Part shown: one piece after another, positions 38,045 to 48,283 of the stretch
How the letters are laid out: each line of letters opens with the position of its first letter
How positions within the stretch are numbered: position 1 is the first letter of the stretch
From: an uncultured cyanobacterium
GTDB taxonomy: Bacteria; Cyanobacteriota; Cyanobacteriia; Cyanobacteriales; CAWUOF01
DNA: 64,000 bases
NCBI GenBank assembly: GCA_963744145.1
Contig: CAVUSO010000001.1
Span: 2,062,831 to 2,126,830, forward strand
Direction of reading: 5' to 3'
Notes under the pieces: generated by a model
What the model was told of the DNA's origin: nothing
What the model saw: only the letters and a program-made list of their open reading frames with translations
Database searches by the model: none
Position numbers and translations under genes: made by a program

Positions 38045-40348
38045 TTGCTAATTCTTGCTGGTGCAACTCTTTTTATTAGTGCCTTTCTGCTGTTCTGGGT
38101 GCAGTTAATGGTCGCTAAAATGATTTTACCGCTTTTAGGAGGTTCTCCTGGGGTCTGGAATACTTGTCAATTTTTTTTCCAAGCCACTTTATTGTTTGGT
38201 TATGGATATTCCCATGTAACTACGCGGTGGTTAAATATTCGTCGTCAAGTGATCATTCAGATTATTTTAATTGTACTACCTTTACTAATTTTACCCATCA
38301 CTATATCTAAAAATTGGATTCCTCCCCATGATACTAATCCCATTCCTTGGCTATTACTATTGTTAATTTTATCTGTAGGATTACCCTTTTTTGTTGTCTC
38401 TACCACTGCTCCTTTAGTCCAAAAATGGTTTGCTGATAGTAATCATCCTCACGGTCATGATCCTTATTTTCTCTATACTACTAGTAATCTCGGTAGTATG
38501 TTAGGATTGATTTTCTATCCGGTGCTAATTGAACCAAATCTCTCTCTGACTAATCAAGCTTGGTTATGGACAAATGGTTACAGATTATTGATTATTTTAA
38601 TTTTTGGTTGTGTCATTTATTGGTGGCGATCGCTTCAACTAGAACCGCTTACTAAAGTAATTGAATCTCCATCTACCGCTCCCTCTCTACTTCAGCAAGC
38701 TCAATGGGTATTACTGTCTTTTTTACCATCTAGCTTACTGTTAGGAGTTACCACTTATATTACTACCGATCTAGCTGCTATTCCCCTTTTATGGGCTGGA
38801 CCATTAGCGATTTATTTATTAACATTTATTTTGACATTTGCTCGAAAAACAATTCTTCCTTATCGGACTTTCATCTCACTTTTGCCCTTAATTTTAACAT
38901 CATTGATTTTATTATTTTTGCTAAAAATAATGTCACCGATTTGGTTATTATTACCTTTACATTTAGGAGGATTTTTTGTAACTGCTTCTGTATTTCATGG
39001 AGAATTAGCAAGAAATCGTCCACAACCAGAAAATTTGACACTTTTTTATTGGTGGGTTTCCTTTGGTGGGGTGTTAGGTGGATTATTTAATGCGATCGCT
39101 GCACCATTAATATTTCCATCTGTCATGGAATATCCACTCATGATGATTGTCGCTCTATTACTATTGCAAAATCCCGACCAGGAAAAATTAGATCCGCAAC
39201 AAGTCACCCCAGATGAATTAGAACGGATCACCAATACCTTCGGACAGGAAGTAATCGCAAAATTAGCGATCCAAACTAAAGAAAAACCCGTGATTAACTC
39301 ATCAAATATTTTGAGTTTATCAAAAACTCTCCCCTTAAGCATCGGGGTCTTAAGTGGTAGTTTATTGGTGGGCTTAGAGATAGATTCTATTACTAATAAT
39401 TTACTGGGTAATGTGCTGGCTTTTAGTGTGCTAATTGGCATTTTTTATGCTTTTAAATTACCTTTTTGGCGAGTAGTAGTTGGGGTGATTTTAATTATGT
39501 TTATCAGCCATTTTTCTGTGGGAAATATGGGGGGAGTCATTAGAGCTGAACGAAGTTTTTTTGGGATTTCGAGAATATTATATGATGCAAATGGAGGTTA
39601 TCATAGTCTATTACATGGTACGACTTTACATGGTAAACAAAGTCTTGATCCTAAACGTAGTCAAGAACCCTTAACTTATTTTTATCCAACTGGACCAATT
39701 GGACAACTATTTCAAGTTTTAGCTGTTACTAAACCAACTAATATTGCGGTGCTAGGATTAGGTGTAGGGAGTTTAGCTGCTTATTCACAACCAAACCAAA
39801 ACTGGACATTTTACGAAATTGATCCGACCGTAGAAAAGTTAGCATCAGATCCGCGTTATTTTACTTTTTTACGAGACTCAAAAGCACCAGTGAAGATAGT
39901 TTTAGGTGATGGTCGTCTCCGTTTAGCTGAAGTTACTGATCACAGTTATGATATTATTTTTATGGATGCTTTTAGCTCTGATTCAATCCCAGTTCACTTA
40001 GTCACAAGAGAAGCACTGGAACTTTATTTGCAAAAATTAACTCCATCAGGACTAATTGCGATTAATATTACTAATCGTCTCATCAATCTGGAACCAGTAA
40101 TCGGAACTTTAGCCAACAATTTTGGATTATCTACCCTCCACCAATGGGAAAAAGATATTTCTGAAACAGAAAAGAACCTGGGTAAAGCACCTTCTCATTG
40201 GGTCCTATTAACTCGCGATCGCCAAAATTTTGGTAATCTTATTAATGATCCGCGTTGGGAACCAATTCCTGACTATAATACTTCTTTATGGACTGATAAT
40301 TTTTCTAATATTTTCCAAGTCCTCCGGATTTTTGACAATCCAGAGTGA
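38045..40348 (+). CDS. Polytopic membrane protein fused to a C-terminal spermidine-synthase-like (PABS, class I SAM-MTase fold) domain
   Basis: The N-terminal ~480 aa is highly hydrophobic with about 12 TM segments. The C-terminal domain has VLGLGVGSLAAY (GxGxG) and DIIFMDAFSSDSIPVHL, typical of spermidine/spermine synthase-family proteins. The true start may be a non-ATG codon upstream. Confidence 0.6.
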   Translation: MLILAGATLFISAFLLFWVQLMVAKMILPLLGGSPGVWNTCQFFFQATLLFGYGYSHVTTRWLNIRRQVIIQIILIVLPLLILPITISKNWIPPHDTNPIPWLLLLLILSVGLPFFVVSTTAPLVQKWFADSNHPHGHDPYFLYTTSNLGSMLGLIFYPVLIEPNLSLTNQAWLWTNGYRLLIILIFGCVIYWWRSLQLEPLTKVIESPSTAPSLLQQAQWVLLSFLPSSLLLGVTTYITTDLAAIPLLWAGPLAIYLLTFILTFARKTILPYRTFISLLPLILTSLILLFLLKIMSPIWLLLPLHLGGFFVTASVFHGELARNRPQPENLTLFYWWVSFGGVLGGLFNAIAAPLIFPSVMEYPLMMIVALLLLQNPDQEKLDPQQVTPDELERITNTFGQEVIAKLAIQTKEKPVINSSNILSLSKTLPLSIGVLSGSLLVGLEIDSITNNLLGNVLAFSVLIGIFYAFKLPFWRVVVGVILIMFISHFSVGNMGGVIRAERSFFGISRILYDANGGYHSLLHGTTLHGKQSLDPKRSQEPLTYFYPTGPIGQLFQVLAVTKPTNIAVLGLGVGSLAAYSQPNQNWTFYEIDPTVEKLASDPRYFTFLRDSKAPVKIVLGDGRLRLAEVTDHSYDIIFMDAFSSDSIPVHLVTREALELYLQKLTPSGLIAINITNRLINLEPVIGTLANNFGLSTLHQWEKDISETEKNLGKAPSHWVLLTRDRQNFGNLINDPRWEPIPDYNTSLWTDNFSNIFQVLRIFDNPE

Positions 40349-40562
40349 TCCCTAATTTTTACCTAAATCAGTGATTATGGTGAAAAATGTGTTAAGTTTA
40401 ATTAAGTAGCCATTCAGGATAATTAGGATGATTGAAAATAAACCCCCTCAATGGAATCTCTGTAGATTTGTAAAAACTCTTAGTTATTTTAGAGTGATCC
40501 CCTTTGTCGGTCAAATTGATTGGTTACAGCAACTTTTGGGGACAAAGACTAAACATAAAACT

Positions 40563-41993
40563 ATGTCAAACAATCAATCTAATGTGATTCTAGTAGCTGG
40601 TGCTACTGGTGGTGTTGGTAAAAGAGTAGTACAACGTTTAAGGGAACAGGGTTATCAAGTGCGATCGCTAGTCCGAAATGCTAACAAAGCTAAAGAAATT
40701 TTGGGGAATCAAGTCGAAATTGTCGAGGGAGATATTAGTATTCCAGAAACCTTAACTGCTGAAGTTACCAATAATCTCAAAGCGATCATTTGTTGTACAG
40801 GGACAAGAGTCCAACCTGTGGAAGGAGACACCCCAACTCGGGAAAAATATTATCAGGGTCTTAAATTCTATCTTCCCGAAGTTGTAGATGTACCGGAGAT
40901 GGTTGAATATAAAGGAATTCAAAACCTTTTACAAGCTACCCGTAACCAGCTAATTTCCAGTGGAATTGATCAGGAAAAAGTCGTCTTTGACTTCACCCAA
41001 CCTACTTCAGATTTATCAGCAGTTTGGGGTGCTTTAGATGATATCGTCATGGGGGGAGTGAGTGAAAGTGGAATTCGATTAGTTAACAACACCGCGATCT
41101 TTTCAGGTAATGTTTCCACAGCAAATTCCGGTGGATTTGCTTCAGTCCGAACTCGCAATTTTGAATCCCCACTAAATTTAGCCGAATACCAGGGAATCTA
41201 TATCCGGGTAAGAGGAGATGGAAAACGATATAAATTTATTCTTCGTAATGAAGACAAATGGGATAGTATTGCTTACACCTATTCCTTTGATACAGTTTAT
41301 AATATCTGGATTAATATTCCCATTCCTTTTCATGCCTTAATTCCATCATTTCGGGCTAAAACAGTAAAAAATGCCGATAAATTTGACCCTAGTAAAATCT
41401 ACTCATTGCAACTAATGTTGAGTAAATTTGAATATGATGGTGAATTAAACCCCAAATTTAAACCAGGGTTATTTCAGTTAGAAGTTGAAGCGATTAAAGC
41501 TTATGGGAGTAAAAAATTACCCTTCGACTCCCCTTCGACTACGCCCTTCGACTACGCTCAGGGTAAACTCAGGACAAGCGCTCAGGGTACACCCCAATTT
41601 ATTCACATTAGTTCTGCTGGAGTTACTCGTCCAGGAAGACCAGGAATCAATCTAGACCAAGAACCTCCTGCGGTGAGATTAAATGACCAGTTAGGAGGGA
41701 TTTTAACCTGGAAATTAAAAGGTGAAGAAGCAATTCGTAAAAGTGGAATTCCCTACACTATTATTAGACCTTGTGCTTTGACTGAAGAACCAGGAGGTCA
41801 AGCATTAACCTTCGCCCAAGGAGATAATATTAGGGGTAAAGTTAGCCGTAATGATATTGCTGATCTTTGTCTTTATATATTAAATGAACCGCAAGCAGTG
41901 AATGTTACTTTTGAGGTGAAAGAAAGTCAAAATGAAGGAGAAAATAGGAATTGGGAAACTCAGTTTGCTAGTTTGCAACCCGATTCTCCATAG
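40563..41993 (+). CDS. NAD(P)-binding (NmrA/SDR-like) protein with embedded CIA30 domain, carrying an in-frame short-dispersed-repeat insertion
   Basis: VILVAGATGGVGKRVV Rossmann motif. DDIVMGGVSESG…FSGNVSTANSGGFASVRT marks the CIA30 domain. The C-terminal half of the NAD-binding fold resumes after the insertion. Start taken at the MSNNQSNV ATG (40563). Confidence 0.65.
   Translation: MSNNQSNVILVAGATGGVGKRVVQRLREQGYQVRSLVRNANKAKEILGNQVEIVEGDISIPETLTAEVTNNLKAIICCTGTRVQPVEGDTPTREKYYQGLKFYLPEVVDVPEMVEYKGIQNLLQATRNQLISSGIDQEKVVFDFTQPTSDLSAVWGALDDIVMGGVSESGIRLVNNTAIFSGNVSTANSGGFASVRTRNFESPLNLAEYQGIYIRVRGDGKRYKFILRNEDKWDSIAYTYSFDTVYNIWINIPIPFHALIPSFRAKTVKNADKFDPSKIYSLQLMLSKFEYDGELNPKFKPGLFQLEVEAIKAYGSKKLPFDSPSTTPFDYAQGKLRTSAQGTPQFIHISSAGVTRPGRPGINLDQEPPAVRLNDQLGGILTWKLKGEEAIRKSGIPYTIIRPCALTEEPGGQALTFAQGDNIRGKVSRNDIADLCLYILNEPQAVNVTFEVKESQNEGENRNWETQFASLQPDSP
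41522..41594 (+). repeat. In-frame SDR insertion within a CDS, the same repeat as at 20370-20470 and in the 50726-51262 array
   Basis: The DNA cccttcgactccccttcgactacgcccttcgactacgctcagggtaaactcaggacaagcgctcagggtacac encodes …PFDSPSTTPFDYAQGKLRTSAQGT… in the middle of the protein. Confidence 0.7.
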
Positions 41994-42040
41994 AATCAGG
42001 TAAGATGCGATCGCAAGTAACCGTTTAGATTGATGAAAAA

Positions 42041-43054
42041 ATGAGTAATATCGAAGGTATCTACGAAATCTGCATTGGCACTTGCGATCCCTTACCTTTA
42101 ATTCAATATTGGGAGCAATTTGGTTATCGAATTGGAGATCAGGGTGAATTATCAGCCAACATAGCTAATAATTTATATGGAGTAAATTCCCGTTTACGTT
42201 CTCTGCGCTTATATCACCAAGATGCGGATCATGGTTTAGTCCGATTAATGGTATGGGATACCCCACTCAATCATGGGTTAGGAATGGACTCAATGCAAAT
42301 TAAAGGAAACCGTTGGGGAACCACATTAACGGGAGACATATTAAATATTTTAAATCATGTCGAAGCAGCGATCGCGGCAAATTTACCACTTAAATATAGC
42401 ATTCCCCACTGGGAAATAATTTATCAAAAAGAAAGAAAAAGTCGCCCATTTATTGATCCAGCAGTTGGGGTACGTGAAATGATGCTACTTCAACCATTAA
42501 CTCGACAGATATTTTTTCAGAGATTTAATTACCATCTGCCAGATTATGGGAAAATTAATGAAAGTGCATTCTTCAAAACTAGCCAAATTACCCATGCAGG
42601 GATGGTAATTCAAGATGACAGTAAAGAAACTCTCAGGTTTTACGAAGAAATACTCGGGTTAAAGAGAGTAAGAGATGACGTAGAAACTACCTATGAAAAT
42701 TCTCTAGCAGCCAGGGCAATTTTTGAGATTAAACCTCAAGAAAAGTTTCTAGTTACAGCTTTTGATGATTCTCGTTCTGTCACTACCGATTTTCATGGAG
42801 CGCGTTCAGGAAGACTTTATATCATTCGTTTTCCTGATCGGATGAATTTAACCGAAGGATTTGAGCAATCACGTCCTGGTTGTTTAGGAATGTCTTTATA
42901 TACTTATCGAGTCCAGGAAATTGAAAATTATTTAGACCGAATTAAAACAAGTAAAGTCAGAGAATTTACCGAAATTGAACAAAATGAGTTTGGAGAAAAG
43001 AGCTTTTCTTTTGTAGCACCTGATGGCTATTTTTGGACATTAATCAGCAAATGA
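42041..43054 (+). CDS. Hypothetical two-domain protein, possibly VOC/glyoxalase-like
   Basis: 337 aa, soluble. Weak resemblance to tandem βαβββ VOC modules. No firm motifs. Confidence 0.3.
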   Translation: MSNIEGIYEICIGTCDPLPLIQYWEQFGYRIGDQGELSANIANNLYGVNSRLRSLRLYHQDADHGLVRLMVWDTPLNHGLGMDSMQIKGNRWGTTLTGDILNILNHVEAAIAANLPLKYSIPHWEIIYQKERKSRPFIDPAVGVREMMLLQPLTRQIFFQRFNYHLPDYGKINESAFFKTSQITHAGMVIQDDSKETLRFYEEILGLKRVRDDVETTYENSLAARAIFEIKPQEKFLVTAFDDSRSVTTDFHGARSGRLYIIRFPDRMNLTEGFEQSRPGCLGMSLYTYRVQEIENYLDRIKTSKVREFTEIEQNEFGEKSFSFVAPDGYFWTLISK

Positions 43055-43066
43055 ATAAACAACAGC

Positions 43067-43285
43067 TTACTGATCGATAATTTTGACCCGGTTAGTTTGG
43101 AGAGAGTCAAACACCCGAGTTACTTGACGACGTTCTTCGTCAGTTAACTTGTAATCTTTGTAGTTAGAAAGGATTACAGAAGTCAGTAACAAATACTCCT
43201 GACGACTGAGCTGACCACTAGATGTGATTCGTTCTACCATTTGACTAATTAATGGGTCGGATTTATTCTGACTATTCCAGATCAT
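43067..43285 (-). CDS. Hypothetical small protein (72 aa)
   Basis: Compact ORF convergent with the upstream gene. No motif. Confidence 0.3.
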   Translation of the reverse strand: MIWNSQNKSDPLISQMVERITSSGQLSRQEYLLLTSVILSNYKDYKLTDEERRQVTRVFDSLQTNRVKIIDQ

Positions 43286-43355
43286 AATTTGCTACCATTA
43301 GATCATGACCATACCTAATTAAGTTCTTTTTTAGCATAAGGAGATGAAAGGGATG

Positions 43356-44126
43356 GAGATTTATCGGCTACAAGCCCTTACAGATAACTATATCTTCCTA
43401 CTGCATCATTCTGAACAAAATATTGCCGCAGTAGTAGATCCAGCCCAAGCAGAACCTGTCCTCAAACAACTCCAAGCTCTGGGAACTCGATTGGTCGCTA
43501 TTTTTAATACCCACCACCATCAGGATCATGTGGGTGGTAATCAAAAACTTTTATCACATTTTCCTGATGTTTGTGTTTATGGGGGAAGTCAGGATCGGGG
43601 GAGAATCCCTGGACAACAGGTGTTTTTACTAGAAAACGATCGCGTCCCTTTTGGAGATGAGACCGGAACCGTTTTTTTTATTCCTGGACATACCTATGCT
43701 CATATTGCTTATTACTTTCCACCGACAACACCAGATCAACCTGGAAATTTATTCTGTGGAGATACTCTATTTGCTGGTGGTTGTGGTCGTTTGTTTGAAG
43801 GTACTCCTGACCAGATGGTCGCTTCTTTAAGTAAACTCAAAGCTTTACCCGACCATACTTATGTCTGGTGTGCCCATGAATATACTCTGAAAAATCTGGA
43901 ATTTGCCCTGACGGTTGACAGCAATAACATGAATTTACAATCTCGTTTTGCCCAAGTCAAGGCAGCTCGCGATCGCTTAGAAGCTACTGTCCCCTCTCTG
44001 TTAGGAGTGGAAAAATTGACCAATCCGTTTTTACGTTGGGATGATCCTCACCTACAAACAGTAGTCCATGGTCAAACCCCGGTCCAAACCTTTGCCCGTT
44101 TACGGGGAATGAAGGATCGATTTTAA
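43356..44126 (+). CDS. gloB: Hydroxyacylglutathione hydrolase (glyoxalase II), metallo-beta-lactamase fold
   Basis: [10 protein letters not shown] metal-binding motif. Length ~256 aa, typical of GloB. A downstream His and Asp (GHTYAH…CGDTLF) are present. Confidence 0.75.
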   Translation, partial: EIYRLQALTDNYIFLLHHSEQNIAAVVDPAQAEPVLKQLQALGTRLVAIFNTHHHQDHVGGNQKLLSHFPDVCVYGGSQDRGRIPGQQVFLLENDRVPFGDETGTVFFIPGHTYAHIAYYFPPTTPDQPGNLFCGDTLFAGGCGRLFEGTPDQMVASLSKLKALPDHTYVWCAHEYTLKNLEFALTVDSNNMNLQSRFAQVKAARDRLEATVPSLLGVEKLTNPFLRWDDPHLQTVVHGQTPVQTFARLRGMKDRF

Positions 44127-44244
44127 GTATAGCTTGCGATCGCGACCCTTAGTTCGGTATAATTAAAAGTTCTGATCTAAACCAAGGGAGAGCTACTATG
44201 AAGATTTCTCTCAACCAGAACGTAAAATTGAGAATAGGAAAGTT

Positions 44245-44703
44245 ATGGCCAAACGAGTTCAGTTAGTTTTAAATCAAGATGTCAGCAAATTGGGAAAATC
44301 TGGTGATTTAGTTGAAGTTGCACCAGGATATGCTCGCAATTATCTAATTCCCCATAAGATTGCTGTTAATGCTACTCCCGGTTTGCTCAAGCAAGTAGAA
44401 AGAAAAAGAGAACAAGAGCGTCAACGTCTATTAGAAGAAAAACAACAAGCAGAAAGTCGCAAGAATGCGATCGAAGCTACAGGTAAGTTTAGCATTTCTA
44501 TGCAGGTTGGTGAAAATGAGGCGATCTTTGGTAGTGTCACTGCTTCTGATGTTGCCGAAGTAATTCAATCAGTAACTGGTCAAGAAGTAGATCGACGTGG
44601 AATTACTATTCCAGATATTCGCAAACTTGGCACCTATAAAGCGGAAATCAAACTTCACCCAGAAGTCACAGCTCAAGTGGAAATTGAAGTTGTAGCTAAT
44701 TAA
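44245..44703 (+). CDS. rplI: 50S ribosomal protein L9
   Basis: [41 protein letters not shown] is the canonical L9 N-domain. Length 152 aa. Confidence 0.9.
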   Translation: MAKRVQLVLNQDVSKLGKSGDLVEVAPGYARNYLIPHKIAVNATPGLLKQVERKREQERQRLLEEKQQAESRKNAIEATGKFSISMQVGENEAIFGSVTASDVAEVIQSVTGQEVDRRGITIPDIRKLGTYKAEIKLHPEVTAQVEIEVVAN

Positions 44704-44706
44704 CCA

Positions 44707-44727
44707 GGACAGTCAAGATGACTGTCC
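44707..44727 (+). terminator. Palindromic hairpin after rplI (GGACAGTCAAGATGACTGTCC)
   Basis: Perfect 9-bp stem with a 3-nt loop immediately after the stop. It belongs to the GGACAG…CTGTCC palindrome family seen at 7068, 54558, 54610, 56609 and 56652. Confidence 0.5.
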
Positions 44728-44821
44728 CACAATTGGTAATTGGTATTGATTAATATTACCAATTACCTCCATTTTCACGGTAATATGAATATTAACATCC
44801 TCCATCAACCCATGATTTACT

Positions 44822-46600
44822 GTGGCTAGCGATCGCTTACCTCCCCAAAATATCGAAGCGGAAGAAAGCATTCTGGGTGGGATTCTGTTAGATCCAGAAG
44901 CCATCACCAGAGTAGCAGAAATTCTAGCGCCAGATCAATTTTCTATTACTGCTCATCAAACTATCTATCGCGCTGCTCTCACCTTAAATAGTCAAGGGAA
45001 ACCAACTGATTTAATGAGTGTCACGAGTTGGTTAGCTGACCACCATTTGCTCGAAAAAGTTGGTGGACAAAATAAACTAGCTGACCTAGTAGATCGGACT
45101 GTCTCAGCTATAAATATTGATCAATATGCTGAGTTAGTCTTAGATAAATATATCCGTCGTAAATTAATCCATACTGGTCACGAAATTGTCGAATTAGGTT
45201 ACGAAACCTCAACGGAATTAGAAATAGTATTAGATCGCGCTGAACAGAAAATATTTAGTATTACTCAGGATCGTCCTCAATCAGGTTTAGTACCGATCAC
45301 TGATACTCTCATCCATGCTTTTCAGGATATTGAAACCTATAATCAAGGATTAGCACTACCTGGTTTACCTTGTGGTTTTTATGATTTAGACGCAATGACT
45401 GGTGGTTTTCAACCTTCTGATTTAATTATTATTGCGGGAAGACCATCCATGGGGAAAACTGCTCTTTCTGTCTGTATTGCGAGAAATATGGCAGAAATTC
45501 ATCAATTACCAGTGGCAATTTTTAGTTTAGAAATGTCAAAGGAACAACTGGTACAACGTTTATTAGCAAGTGAAGCTGGAATTGAAAGTAATCGATTACG
45601 AGCTGGAAGAGTTAGTCAATCAGAATGGGAACCTTTAAGTAGTGCGATCGGCACCTTATCGGAATTGTCAATATTTATTGATGATACTGCCAATATTACA
45701 GTGACAACAATGCGGAGTCAATCGCGTCGTCTCCAAGCAGAATTTGGGGGAAAGTTAGGATTAATTTTAATCGATTATCTGCAATTAATGGAAGGAGGAA
45801 ATAGTGATAATCGGGTGCAAGAGTTATCAAAGATTACTCGCAGTTTAAAAGGTTTAGCTCGGGAATTAAATGTGCCAATTATTGCTTTATCTCAGCTTAG
45901 TCGAGGAGTGGAAGCAAGAAATAATAAACGTCCGATGCTTTCTGATTTAAGAGAAAGTGGATGTTTAACCGGAGAAAGTTTGGTAAATTTAGCAGATCAT
46001 AATGTTATTGTACCAATTCGAGCATTAATCGGACAAGCTGGTTTTACAGTTTGGGCATTAAATCAATCTACCATGAAATTAGAAAGGGCAATGGTGAGCA
46101 ATGTCTTTTCGACCGGAATTAAGTCAGTATTTAATTTAATCACTAGATTAGGAAGTAAAATTAAAGCCACTCTCAATCACAAATTTCTCACTATCGATGG
46201 ATGGAAAAGACTAGATGAATTACAAGCAAATTTAAGGAGAAAAATTACCTTAAAAGTTGCTAATATTCTTCCATCTAATGACCTTACCAATAGCGAGGTT
46301 AATTGGGATGAGATAGTTTCCATAGAATACAGTGGAGAGGAAGAAGTATTTGACCTTTCTGTACCTAAGCTGCATAATTTTATTGCCAACAACATAATTG
46401 TTCACAATAGTATTGAACAGGATGCAGATTTAGTAATTATGCTGTATCGGGATGAGTATTATAATCCTGATACCGTCGATCGAGGATTAGCAGAGATGAT
46501 TATAGCTAAACATCGCAATGGCCCAACTGGAACTGTCAAATTATTGTTTAATCCCCAATATACTCAATTCCGCAATTTAGCTACACCTAATCGTGTTTAG
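44822..46600 (+). CDS. dnaB: Replicative DNA helicase DnaB interrupted by a 149-aa mini-intein (GTG start)
   Basis: The N-domain LPPQNIEAEESILGGILLDP is present. Walker A is GRPSMGKTALS. The H4 region …SDLRESG|C…HN|SIEQDADLV is split exactly where the Synechocystis DnaB intein sits. RNGPTG is near the C-terminus. Confidence 0.85.
   Translation: MASDRLPPQNIEAEESILGGILLDPEAITRVAEILAPDQFSITAHQTIYRAALTLNSQGKPTDLMSVTSWLADHHLLEKVGGQNKLADLVDRTVSAINIDQYAELVLDKYIRRKLIHTGHEIVELGYETSTELEIVLDRAEQKIFSITQDRPQSGLVPITDTLIHAFQDIETYNQGLALPGLPCGFYDLDAMTGGFQPSDLIIIAGRPSMGKTALSVCIARNMAEIHQLPVAIFSLEMSKEQLVQRLLASEAGIESNRLRAGRVSQSEWEPLSSAIGTLSELSIFIDDTANITVTTMRSQSRRLQAEFGGKLGLILIDYLQLMEGGNSDNRVQELSKITRSLKGLARELNVPIIALSQLSRGVEARNNKRPMLSDLRESGCLTGESLVNLADHNVIVPIRALIGQAGFTVWALNQSTMKLERAMVSNVFSTGIKSVFNLITRLGSKIKATLNHKFLTIDGWKRLDELQANLRRKITLKVANILPSNDLTNSEVNWDEIVSIEYSGEEEVFDLSVPKLHNFIANNIIVHNSIEQDADLVIMLYRDEYYNPDTVDRGLAEMIIAKHRNGPTGTVKLLFNPQYTQFRNLATPNRV
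45962..46408 (+). mobile_element. DnaB mini-intein (no endonuclease domain)
   Basis: Begins CLTGESLV (block A) and ends IIVHN followed by the extein +1 Ser. It is 149 aa, too short for a homing endonuclease. Coordinates derive from residues 381-529. Confidence 0.75.
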
Positions 46601-46651
46601 GAGCTGATCATGGTTGATTTTTTGCTCATCCCCAACCATGACCATGAGGTT

Positions 46652-47218
46652 TTAGCTTACACCTAATAATTCCACATCGAAAATGAGAGTAGCGTTGGGA
46701 GGGATCACACCACCTGCTCCCCGACTACCATAACCCAATTCAGGTGGAATAATTAATTTCCGACGTCCACCAACTTTCATCGTCGCGATCCCTTCATCCC
46801 AACCTTGAATCACTTGGCCCACGCCCAGGCGAAACTTGAAAGGAGTATTTCGATCGCGAGAACTATCAAACTTGGTGCCATTTTCTAGAGTCCCCGTGTA
46901 GTGGACTTCTACCGTCTGTCCAGGTTGCGGAGTAGCACCAGTACCCTCTTTTATATCTGTATATTTAAGTCCGGAACTAGTTGTCGTCACTTGATCATCA
47001 TTGCTCATTTCTTTATTACCGCTATTGTCAGAATTTGGTGCTGTCGAGGGAGAATTTTCAGCTACCAGTGGACGGGTTTGAGTAGTTGTTACTGCTTGAG
47101 GTAAAGTTTCTGGACTTGATGTTGCATTCACAACTTGCCGATCGCCCTGAAATTGGGCAAAGACAATTAACAACAAACAAGCTAGCATTACACCTAAGCT
47201 AATTAAAATTGCCCGCAC
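46652..47218 (-). CDS. FKBP-type peptidyl-prolyl cis-trans isomerase with N-terminal signal/anchor
   Basis: The C-terminal domain ([41 protein letters not shown]…[10 protein letters not shown]) is a canonical FKBP. The N-terminus is hydrophobic, then a Thr/Ser/Pro-rich linker. Confidence 0.8.
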   Translation of the reverse strand: MRAILISLGVMLACLLLIVFAQFQGDRQVVNATSSPETLPQAVTTTQTRPLVAENSPSTAPNSDNSGNKEMSNDDQVTTTSSGLKYTDIKEGTGATPQPGQTVEVHYTGTLENGTKFDSSRDRNTPFKFRLGVGQVIQGWDEGIATMKVGGRRKLIIPPELGYGSRGAGGVIPPNATLIFDVELLGVS

Positions 47219-47392
47219 ATCAAACCTCCAGCTTGAATTAGTAAAGAATTAACTGCACCAACATAACATTTCTGGCGTTGCTTAATCAGGGTATGAAAAT
47301 CAATCGGGGTGCATGGCCATGCGCCCCGGGCTCTCATTGCCTTATGCCCCTACAAATTATTTATTCATACCGTAAATCAGCAACGCCCTAAT

Positions 47393-47510
47393 TCTAATCT
47401 GAGCGATCGGGTAAACTCAGGGCAAGGCTCAGGGTAAAGTTTGATTGTTCAATTGTCGCTAAATATGCTTCATCCCTACACTTAACTGAACTGTATTGAG
47501 CGATCGTCAA
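47393..47510. repeat. Dispersed repeat copy (CTCAGGGTAAAC units + TTAACTGAACTGTATTG terminus)
   Basis: It shares the 3' module with the elements at 5283-5400 and 18211-18365. Confidence 0.55.
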
Positions 47511-47557
47511 CTTGAATCACACCTAAGAATTATCCAACCAAAGATATTAGATAAAGC

Positions 47558-47935
47558 TTATAAAGACAAAGCAAGAGATTGGGTTGGCAAATCCTGAATC
47601 TTTGTCAACTGCTGATCATTGGTTAGTAATGTTGCCTCTAAACTAAGGGTTGTGGCTACGATAATAGCATCGGGGAGTTTTAACTTGTATTGTCGTCGCC
47701 ATTGAATAGCTAGATTTTTGATCACGTCATTAATATTAATGATAGTCAAATGACTTAAAAAACTATAAATTAGCTGTGCTTCAGCATCACTTAATCCGGG
47801 ATAAGATAACAGTTCCATCTCTGTAATGATAGAAACAAAATAAAGACCAGAAGGGAAAGGCTGCTCTAAGCGATTTCCCAAATGGTAGAGAGCAATATTG
47901 GTATCTACAACCAAACGAGGTAACGTTAGAGCCAT
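47558..47935 (-). CDS. vapC: VapC PIN-domain toxin
   Basis: LVVDTNIALYHL (N-terminal D), …EMEL…, LTNDQQL. Length 125 aa. Overlaps the upstream antitoxin gene by 10 nt. Confidence 0.65.
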   Translation of the reverse strand: MALTLPRLVVDTNIALYHLGNRLEQPFPSGLYFVSIITEMELLSYPGLSDAEAQLIYSFLSHLTIININDVIKNLAIQWRRQYKLKLPDAIIVATTLSLEATLLTNDQQLTKIQDLPTQSLALSL

Positions 47936-48159
47936 CCGTTTCTTACCTCACGTTGATACTCTAAAGGGTCAAGTGTTAGTTTAATACTGCCAGCATAATC
48001 CGCTAATTTCTGAGAAGACCCTACATCATTTTTAGAGCTAACCTCCTGCTCATATTGTTGTAACAACGCCTCAATTTTTTGCCAATCTTGGTAATTAATA
48101 ATCACCGCCACAGGATTAAAAGTTTCATCCATGACAATTTGCTTTTTAATCGATCGCAT
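47926..48159 (-). CDS. vapB: Antitoxin partner of VapC (Phd/YefM- or VapB-like)
   Basis: 77 aa. It overlaps the toxin start and has the typical N-terminal β-strand …VAVIINYQDWQKIEALL. Confidence 0.5.
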   Translation of the reverse strand: MRSIKKQIVMDETFNPVAVIINYQDWQKIEALLQQYEQEVSSKNDVGSSQKLADYAGSIKLTLDPLEYQREVRNGWL

Positions 48160-48283
48160 AACCTCAATCCTCCTTAAATTCCTTATATATGCTAGTCTGT
48201 AAGGCCAGATGGGTTATGTCTCGACTACCCTTCGACTCCCCCTTCGACGATCCTCTGGGCAAGACTCTGATTTTGAGAAGATT

